Below are positions 55,161 to 60,315 of a stretch of 60,315 nt of DNA, piece after piece. The position numbers were made by a program, and so were the translations under genes. The stretch comes from an uncultured Pelagibacteraceae bacterium (GTDB lineage Bacteria > Pseudomonadota > Alphaproteobacteria > Pelagibacterales > AG-422-B15), in assembly GCA_902580665.1 (NCBI GenBank), contig CACHLP010000003.1, positions 1-60,315 on the forward strand. Reading direction: 5' to 3'. The first letter of the stretch is position 1. Each line of letters opens with the position of its first letter. The notes below the pieces were generated by a model that saw only the letters and a program-made list of their open reading frames with translations, was not told the origin of the DNA and made no database searches.

Positions 55161-56168
55161 TTATTTTGCAACGCGTGATACAGTTTGATGTGACAAAAAC
55201 AGCTTAGAAACCTCCTGCCAATCAAACTTTTTACTATAATTTATACAATCTGTACGACTCACTTTTCTCGCCTTATCAATTGAATTAATTAAATTATGAT
55301 CAAGACAATTATGTTTAAAATTATCAAAAACATCAATTGGACCTGGAACAGGATATGCGGCCACAGGAAGTCCACTGGCGAGAGCCTCGATCATGACCAT
55401 TCCAAACGTATCTGTTTTACTTGGAAATACAAAGATATCTGAAGATGCATAGCACTGGGCCAGTTCATTTCCTTTCTTCGCTCCTACAAAAACTGCATCT
55501 GTATATTTTTTTTCTAATTTTTTCTTAGAGGGTCCATCACCTACAAGTAGTTTTGTGCCTTTTAAATTTAATTTAAGAAAATCTTCTAATGATTTTTCCT
55601 TAGATATTCTTCCTACATATAAATAAATTGGTTTTTCTAAATTGAGATCAATCTTGTTCTTCGGATTAAAAGCTTTTATATCAACGCCCCTGGACCATTT
55701 AACTGTCCTTTTAATTCCATGTGAATTAAGTTCATCTATAATTGAATTAGAGGATACCATTACTGCGCTAGAATTTTTGTGAAACCATTTCAAAATTTTA
55801 TATGTAAAAGATACAGGTATCTTAGCCATCGTGTTTATATATTCAGGAAATTTTGTACAATACGAGGTTGTAAACGCATAATTATTCTTTGAACAATAAT
55901 TCCTAACCGCTAAGCCAATAGGTCCCTCTGTAGCAACGTGTATAAAGTCAGGCTTAAACTTCTCAATGATCACGCCAATTTTGAACCAATGATTAATCGC
56001 AAGTTTTATTTCAGGATAAATAATCAGTGGAATTGTAATAAATTTATCTGGAGTTATGTACCTAACCTCATGTCCTTGACTTGTAAGTTCATCACCAAGT
56101 GTTTGATAAGTTCTAACAACACCATTTATTTGAGGGAGCCATGCGTCTGATGCGATGAGTATTTTCAA
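55161..56168 (-). CDS. agt: GT4-family glycosyltransferase (glycolipid synthase of the Agt type, partner of PlcP)
   Basis: GT-B fold with the C-terminal E..ASGLPVAAYPVPG motif. Starts immediately after the plcP stop. Confidence 0.75.
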   Translation of the reverse strand: MKILIASDAWLPQINGVVRTYQTLGDELTSQGHEVRYITPDKFITIPLIIYPEIKLAINHWFKIGVIIEKFKPDFIHVATEGPIGLAVRNYCSKNNYAFTTSYCTKFPEYINTMAKIPVSFTYKILKWFHKNSSAVMVSSNSIIDELNSHGIKRTVKWSRGVDIKAFNPKNKIDLNLEKPIYLYVGRISKEKSLEDFLKLNLKGTKLLVGDGPSKKKLEKKYTDAVFVGAKKGNELAQCYASSDIFVFPSKTDTFGMVMIEALASGLPVAAYPVPGPIDVFDNFKHNCLDHNLINSIDKARKVSRTDCINYSKKFDWQEVSKLFLSHQTVSRVAK

Positions 56169-56987
56169 TTAACTTAATACCTTTACGGAGTCCTTATGTT
56201 TGTTGATAATTTCATACTTTTCAGCGATATCTTTCCAGAAAAGAATTTCCATTGATCCATCAAAATTTTCTATCATAAAGGAGCAACTTTCTACCCAGTC
56301 CCCATCATTATAGTAATGAACTCCATTTATTATTCGATGTGAAGCATGGTGAATATGTCCGCAAATAACTCCTTTTAGATTTTTCTTTTTTGCATAACCT
56401 GCAACTATTTCTTCGTACTTATTAATGTAAGAAACAGCATTTTTTACTTTTAATTTTAGATACTTTGAAAGCGACCAATATTTCAAACCCAATAATAATC
56501 TTAATTGATTAAATCTTCTATTTAGCCATAAAGCTAAATCGTATGCGCTAGCGCCAAGATGGGCTAACCAGGGTGCGATATTGATAATTGAGTCAAATTT
56601 GTCTCCATGCAGTATAAGATATTCAGATCCATCTACTGTCTTATGTTTGATTTCATTAACTACTCTAATTTCGCCTAGTGTTATTGGCACAAATTTTCTA
56701 ACAAGCTCATCATGATTTCCTGATACATAAAACACTTTAGTTCCATGTCGTGCTTTTCTTAGAATTTTTTGTATTACATCACTGTGACTTTGTGGCCAGT
56801 ACCATCTATTTTTAAGTCGCCACCCATCTATAATATCTCCAACTAAGTATAGGTAATCTGATCTGGTATTTTTTAAAAAATCAAGCAACTGTTCAGCTTG
56901 ACAGCCTTTTGACCCTAAATGAATATCTGAAATAAATATGGAACGATATTTTAAGAGAGGAATAACATTATTTTTTTCGTTGACCAT
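56169..56987 (-). CDS. plcP: LpxH-like metallophosphoesterase, phospholipase C PlcP type
   Basis: Calcineurin-like motifs ISDIHLG, GDIIDG, GNHD, HGD, GHIH. Gene pair with the GT4 gene as in described P-stress lipid-remodelling loci. Confidence 0.75.
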   Translation of the reverse strand: MVNEKNNVIPLLKYRSIFISDIHLGSKGCQAEQLLDFLKNTRSDYLYLVGDIIDGWRLKNRWYWPQSHSDVIQKILRKARHGTKVFYVSGNHDELVRKFVPITLGEIRVVNEIKHKTVDGSEYLILHGDKFDSIINIAPWLAHLGASAYDLALWLNRRFNQLRLLLGLKYWSLSKYLKLKVKNAVSYINKYEEIVAGYAKKKNLKGVICGHIHHASHRIINGVHYYNDGDWVESCSFMIENFDGSMEILFWKDIAEKYEIINKHKDSVKVLS

Positions 56988-57067
56988 AAATTTGGTAAAA
57001 AAGAATCAATCTACATTACATTACCAATAATTTATGAAAGATTTGTTAAGCCATACTTTCTAGAAAT

Positions 57068-57107
57068 CTGTCATAAAATTTTAATATTCTTGTAATTTTT
57101 ATGACAA
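57068..57107. promoter_or_regulatory. Quasi-palindromic array of four 11-bp-phased Pho-box-like units upstream of plcP
   Basis: CTGTCAT-aaaa-TTTTAAT-attc-TTGTAAT-tttt-ATGACAA. The outer units are inverted copies (TGTCATAAAA / TTTTATGACA). Confidence 0.5.
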
Positions 57108-57129
57108 AATTAAAAATTATAATTTAATC

Positions 57130-57214
57130 ATTGAGTAACTAGACAGAAGACTGAACTTCCTCATTTAATCCTCCACCCTTCCAAATATAAATGGGGAAGT
57201 TCTTCTCTTATTTC
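57130..57214 (+). ncRNA. Candidate small RNA divergent from plcP (hypothetical)
   Basis: A perfect TATAAT (57118-57123) lies 10 nt after the last Pho unit. A 15-bp stem pairs 57153-57167 with 57188-57202 and includes one G.U pair that is valid only on the + strand. The 20-nt loop contains CCUCCACCC, and a T-rich tail TTCTCTTATTTC follows. Confidence 0.3.
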
Positions 57215-57275
57215 AATTAGGGTATTTGTATATTGGGATCATTATAAGAAAAAAGAGGAAAAATCAGGATTTTAT

Positions 57276-57313
57276 AAAAAAAAAGACCCGTCCAAGTATA
57301 AATTGAACAGGTC
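57276..57313 (-). terminator. Rho-independent terminator after the 62-codon ORF
   Basis: Minus strand shows an imperfect GACCTGTTCAA / TTGGACGGGTC hairpin followed by a 9-nt T-run. Confidence 0.5.
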
Positions 57314-57326
57314 CTTAATTTATAGA

Positions 57327-57515
57327 TTAAGTATGTTTAAAATGTTCTACCAATTCATGGATAATTAATACAGCTCCTAAGATGATTAAGATTATTTCAG
57401 TAATTGATTTATTGTTAATCAGTCTCACCAATGCAGGAAATAGAAATGAAATTGCAAAGATTGATGTAATTGAAATTAGATGATGAAAACCAAATAATGT
57501 AAATTCTGACGTCAT
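57327..57515 (-). CDS. 62-aa two-TM protein homologous to the N-terminus of the YwaF-like gene at 49011-49733 (truncated paralog or gene remnant)
   Basis: MTSEFTLFGFHHLISITSIFAISFLFPALVRLINNKSIT aligns with MATQFVLFGYHHLATIFTIVIISILFPFFVRFINNKNVT. It has its own terminator. Confidence 0.45.
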   Translation of the reverse strand: MTSEFTLFGFHHLISITSIFAISFLFPALVRLINNKSITEIILIILGAVLIIHELVEHFKHT

Positions 57516-57636
57516 ATCTTTAATAGATTCAGGACTTTAAATTATTTTAAATAATAAATCGAAATCAATAAATAAGTATAAGAATTTAAATAATTCACAT
57601 TTTTGAAACATTTAAATGTGTTATTTAATGTATTGT

Positions 57637-58281
57637 TTAGTAGCTATGATCTATTTTTTTTAAAAATGAAGAATGGTCTAACCTAAGTAATATTGATGGC
57701 CCATTTAACGCTTCATCGGGCGTACGGTGCAAAATGCCTTCACGAAAGCCTCTGAACACTGCAACATCCCATTGACGTATGTGTCTTAAGGCTGATGTAT
57801 CTTTTACAATATGCTCATTAGGCTCACCGCTTTCAAAAGCAGTTCTATCTGCGGCTATATCAGGTATCCACTCAGTCCCTCTCCCAGCATAAGTTACAAG
57901 CAAACGTTTTGGAACATTGTCTACATGGTATCGACTGCATCCACGCTCAGTACCAAGCCAAAATGCAACATCTTTAATGTTCTCAAGCTCACTAAATGAC
58001 TTGCATACGTCTTCCATGTCACTAAGCCATTGTTTGAAAAATTCATTGGCTCTCAAGTCTGGAGAAAGAGTATTTTCAAGCAGTTTTGCTATATCTGATT
58101 TTGCAAAGAGTTTACGGACAGCTCCTGATACTTGAAAAGGTTTCTTCATTAATTCATTGAAAAACTCATCCCCACCAGTAAGGGCATTTCTCTCTACAAT
58201 CCCAAGCTTGAATTGAGACTTATTGAAGTTTTTTAGAGACTCGAGATTGTCAGTTAAAAAAATTCCCTCTGGATTTCTCAT
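57637..58281 (-). CDS. DUF1826-like protein (unknown function, zinc-locus associated)
   Basis: 214 aa, soluble. The family call comes from memory of the ..ILHRTP.. C-terminal block and a typical location next to znuA. Tentative. Confidence 0.45.
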   Translation of the reverse strand: MRNPEGIFLTDNLESLKNFNKSQFKLGIVERNALTGGDEFFNELMKKPFQVSGAVRKLFAKSDIAKLLENTLSPDLRANEFFKQWLSDMEDVCKSFSELENIKDVAFWLGTERGCSRYHVDNVPKRLLVTYAGRGTEWIPDIAADRTAFESGEPNEHIVKDTSALRHIRQWDVAVFRGFREGILHRTPDEALNGPSILLRLDHSSFLKKIDHSY

Positions 58282-58305
58282 TGACTGCCTTATCTTGATA
58301 AGCTC

Positions 58306-59412
58306 CTAACAACTTTCAAATGATGATGCCATATCGCTTATAAGATCAAAATACAGATCTTTTCCAGGCTCTAGTTCAGCTCCTAACGGATCAAGAACTG
58401 CAGCCTTCACGCCTGTGTCACTTGCAATTGTCTCCGCAATCGTTGGATTAAACTGAGGCTCAGAGAATAGGCAGTTAACGCCCTCGTGTTCAATGACCTC
58501 TCTAATTTCAGCAAGCTGCTTTGCACCTGGCAATACTTCAGGATTTACTGTGAGTGCGCCGATTACTTCGATTCCAAAACGTTGCTCAAAATATTGATAA
58601 GCATCATGGAATACAACATAAGTGGCATCCTTATTTATCTTGCCTCTTGTATCATTTATAAGTTGATTAAGTTCATTCAGAGCTTTAGCTGCATTTGCTT
58701 CATATTTTGATGCATTTGCAGGATCAATTGCTGACATTTCTTTTGCTGCTATTTGAACAATAGTCTTTGCAATTTCAGGATCTAGCCAAAAGTGAATATC
58801 AAATTCACCATGGTTATGACCATCATGATGTGCGTGCTCGTCATGTTCATCACCGTGCTCGTCATGTTCGTCACCATGTTCTTCGTGTTCGTCATGCTCG
58901 TCACCATGTTCTTCGTGTTCGTCATGCTCGTCACCATGTTCTTCGTGCTCGTCATGTTCGTCACCATGTTCTTCGTGTTCGTCATGTTCATCACCGTGCT
59001 CGTCATGGTCATCATGTTCATCGCCATGATCGTCATGATCATCAAATACATTTTTTTCCCTAAATTTGAGCATTTCAATATCTTCGGATTCCATTAATGT
59101 GACTTGCTTTGCGTCCTTTGCAATGGACTCAAGAGGTGTCTCTAGAAATGACTCCAAGTCCTCGCCAATCCAAAAAACTATATCTGCATCTTGAAGCATT
59201 GTCGCATGAGAAGGCTTTAATTGAAATGTATGGGGAGATGCATTCCCGTCAACTAATAAACCTGGTGTTCCTACTCCATCCATTACATAACTAATCAATG
59301 AATGTATTGGCTTAATTGACGCTACAACTTTTGTTTCAGCTTTAGCGTAAGAAATAAACGTTAATAGAGTAATACTAGATAAGATTAATCCAAATTTAAG
59401 TTGTAATTTCAT
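58306..59412 (-). CDS. znuA: Zinc ABC transporter substrate-binding protein ZnuA with very long His/Asp/Glu loop
   Basis: Signal peptide, cluster-9 SBP fold blocks (VVASIKPIHSL, HFWLDP, FHDAYQYF), and an ~80-residue D/E/H/G loop. Confidence 0.9.
   Translation of the reverse strand: MKLQLKFGLILSSITLLTFISYAKAETKVVASIKPIHSLISYVMDGVGTPGLLVDGNASPHTFQLKPSHATMLQDADIVFWIGEDLESFLETPLESIAKDAKQVTLMESEDIEMLKFREKNVFDDHDDHGDEHDDHDEHGDEHDEHEEHGDEHDEHEEHGDEHDEHEEHGDEHDEHEEHGDEHDEHGDEHDEHAHHDGHNHGEFDIHFWLDPEIAKTIVQIAAKEMSAIDPANASKYEANAAKALNELNQLINDTRGKINKDATYVVFHDAYQYFEQRFGIEVIGALTVNPEVLPGAKQLAEIREVIEHEGVNCLFSEPQFNPTIAETIASDTGVKAAVLDPLGAELEPGKDLYFDLISDMASSFESC
58861..58980. repeat. Four near-identical 30-bp tandem repeats inside znuA (coding for EEHGDEHDEH units)
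   Basis: GTCATG(C/T)TCGTCACCATGTTCTTCGTG(T/C)TC occurs four times head-to-tail. Degenerate copies extend to ~58831 and ~59042. Confidence 0.9.
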
Positions 59413-59446
59413 AGATATATTGCTTTCATTATGGTTTGAGTATAGC

Positions 59447-59459
59447 GTTATATTATAAC
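59447..59459. promoter_or_regulatory. Candidate Zur box in the divergent znuA / znuC spacer
   Basis: Perfect palindrome GTTATAtTATAAC, matching the TGTTATA-N-TATAACA core of proteobacterial Zur operators. Confidence 0.6.
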
Positions 59460-59484
59460 ATAAAAATTTATCAAGTATTTTCTC

Positions 59485-60234
59485 ATGAGTAATAACGAAG
59501 TTTTAGTAAAGGTATCAAACGCTGGTCTCTATAAAAATGGTAAATGGCTTGTTAAAAATGTCAGCTTAAATATTAACAGAGGTAAAATTGTCACCTTGAT
59601 AGGACCCAACGGATCAGGAAAGACGACTACGGCAAAGATAGCGCTTGGATTATATAAAAATATTGAAGGCTCAGTTGAAAGATTAACAAATAAAATTTCT
59701 TATGTGCCTCAAAAAGTTTCAATTGATTGGACCTTGCCAGTTAGAGTACTGGATTTTATGATTCTTACTCAAGATCTTGAAGAAAAAGAAATAACCGATG
59801 CGTTAATTTTGACAGGCGTTGAAAAACTTAAACATAGCAATCTCCGAGACCTATCTGGTGGTGAATTTCAACGAGTACTACTTGCCAGAGCTATTGCAAA
59901 AAAACCAGAATTATTAGTACTTGATGAACCTGTTCAAGGAGTAGACTTCACTGGTGAAGTTGCCTTGTATGGCTTAATTAAAAAAATTTCTGAAACATTA
60001 AAATGTGGGATACTACTTATATCACACGATCTTCATGTTGTTATGTCTGCCACCGATCATGTGGTTTGTCTCAATGGACACGTATGTTGCTCTGGATCTC
60101 CTGTAGATGTTGCTCAAAATAAAGAATATAAAGAGCTCTTTGGTGAAAAGTCTTCTCAACTTCTATCCATATATGAACATGAACATGATCATGTTCATTC
60201 ATCAGATGGAAAAATAGTTAAGGATATAAATTAA
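59485..60234 (+). CDS. znuC: Zinc ABC transporter ATP-binding protein ZnuC
   Basis: GPNGSGKTT, LSGGEFQRVLLARA, LVLDEP. His-rich C-terminal tail YEHEHDHVHSSDG. Confidence 0.9.
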   Translation: MSNNEVLVKVSNAGLYKNGKWLVKNVSLNINRGKIVTLIGPNGSGKTTTAKIALGLYKNIEGSVERLTNKISYVPQKVSIDWTLPVRVLDFMILTQDLEEKEITDALILTGVEKLKHSNLRDLSGGEFQRVLLARAIAKKPELLVLDEPVQGVDFTGEVALYGLIKKISETLKCGILLISHDLHVVMSATDHVVCLNGHVCCSGSPVDVAQNKEYKELFGEKSSQLLSIYEHEHDHVHSSDGKIVKDIN

Positions 60235-60236
60235 AA

Positions 60237-60315
60237 TGTTCGATGATTTTTTCATTCGAGCGATAGTGGCTGGTGTTGGAATTGCTTTAGTAACAGGGCC
60301 ACTAGGGTGTTTTGT
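60237..60315 (+). CDS. znuB: Zinc ABC transporter permease ZnuB, 5' partial (runs off window)
   Basis: MFDDFFIRAIVAGVGIALVTGPLGCF resembles the ZnuB N-terminus (..GPLG.F). Starts 2 nt after the znuC stop. Confidence 0.7.

Noticed and set aside
57117-57164. 15-codon minus-strand mini-ORF (MRKFSLLSSYSMIKL) preceded by GGAGG at a 5-nt spacing.
   Set aside because: It is very short. The SD-like GGAGG is simply the complement of the CCTCC in the hairpin loop. The G.U pair in the stem and the T-rich tail favour a + strand RNA interpretation. It is kept only as an alternative explanation.
58831-59042. Regularly spaced 30-bp repeats that could superficially suggest a CRISPR array.
   Set aside because: The repeats are directly adjacent with no unique spacers. 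They are in-frame coding sequence of znuA, and there are no cas genes in the window.
58767-59097. Three ~100-aa ORFs (58767-59063 +, 58782-59078 -, 58792-59097 +) with strikingly repetitive translations (RHVRHHVLRV..., MVTNMTSTKN..., VMFVTMFFVF...).
   Set aside because: They are alternative-frame readings of the 30-bp tandem repeat that encodes the ZnuA His/Asp/Glu loop. The znuA frame is continuous with conserved SBP domains on both sides.
2604-59294. About 45 short ORFs (60-130 aa) in the supplied track lie antisense to, or out of frame within, the long genes. Examples are 2604-2786, 3071-3262, 3463-3843, 4267-4530, 5202-5402, 5769-6104, 7108-7302, 9887-10273, 10358-10621, 13065-13331, 17642-17911, 17941-18231, 19011-19325, 20462-20752, 24065-24411, 25887-26132, 27391-27573, 27957-28220, 30092-30355, 34375-34641, 43405-43674, 44495-44788, 45436-45705, 52581-52844, 53484-53783, 57811-58135 and 58486-58710.
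   Set aside because: Each is fully embedded in a longer ORF with clear family motifs on the other strand or frame. They have low-complexity or atypical composition and no recognisable motif. They are shadow ORFs expected in AT-rich DNA.
1-60315. Search for mobile elements, prophage genes, toxin-antitoxin pairs, restriction-modification or other defence systems.
   Set aside because: No transposase, integrase, phage structural, nuclease/methylase or TA-like gene pair was recognisable among the ORFs. No inverted terminal repeats were noticed.

Overview
This window is visibly AT-rich (about 30% G+C by eye, not computed) and very tightly packed. Many adjacent genes overlap by 1-8 nt. I found no transposase, integrase, prophage or CRISPR signal. 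Gene content and style fit a streamlined marine alphaproteobacterium, most likely SAR11/Pelagibacterales of the C-P-lyase-carrying (HTCC7211-like) type; this is inference, not a search result. The window falls into three parts. (1) 0-24.5 kb is mostly housekeeping. It holds cell-wall enzymes (D-Ala-D-Ala carboxypeptidase, rlpA, mltB), a CBS-like/cystathionine gamma-lyase pair, a PTA-family gene, tRNA-Ser(UGA), a GMC oxidoreductase, yajQ, a CoA-transferase, sdhE plus an N-terminally short mfd divergent from recG, and an amidase. It then holds three tandem diverged membrane paralogs, a DUF962/Mpo1-like gene, two MAPEG genes, a hotdog thioesterase and a VanZ-like gene. (2) About 24.5-57 kb is an almost uninterrupted phosphorus-stress supercluster. 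In order it contains SDR-PNPOx-like-phnX, a PhnZ-like HD oxygenase coupled to a Cys-phosphatase, phnCDEE, two secreted unknowns, an MFS gene and phnF. These are followed by phnGHIJKLN, a DUF1045/2H phosphodiesterase, phnM and a pstSCAB-phoU-phoB-arsC-aquaporin operon. The cluster ends with a YwaF/TMEM164-like membrane protein, a TM-less phoR, ppx, ppk, a SixA-like phosphatase and the plcP-glycosyltransferase lipid-remodelling pair. Pho-box-like 7-4-7 direct repeats precede pstS, phnC, the MFS gene and plcP. (3) 57-60.3 kb is a zinc module: DUF1826-like, znuA with an ~80-residue His/Asp/Glu loop encoded by 30-bp tandem repeats, a palindromic Zur-box candidate, znuC and the start of znuB. The most interesting leads are listed here. 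First, a PhnZ-like oxygenase has no PhnY partner but is translationally coupled to an HCX5R phosphatase. Second, PhnX has no PhnW but sits in an operon with an SDR and a flavoprotein. Third, a candidate Pho-regulated sRNA lies next to plcP. Fourth, an orphan mini-gene has a strong SD, a 32-codon Cys-rich ORF and its own terminator. Fifth, a 6-TM protein family is triplicated in tandem. Sixth, mfd lacks the UvrB-homology module.
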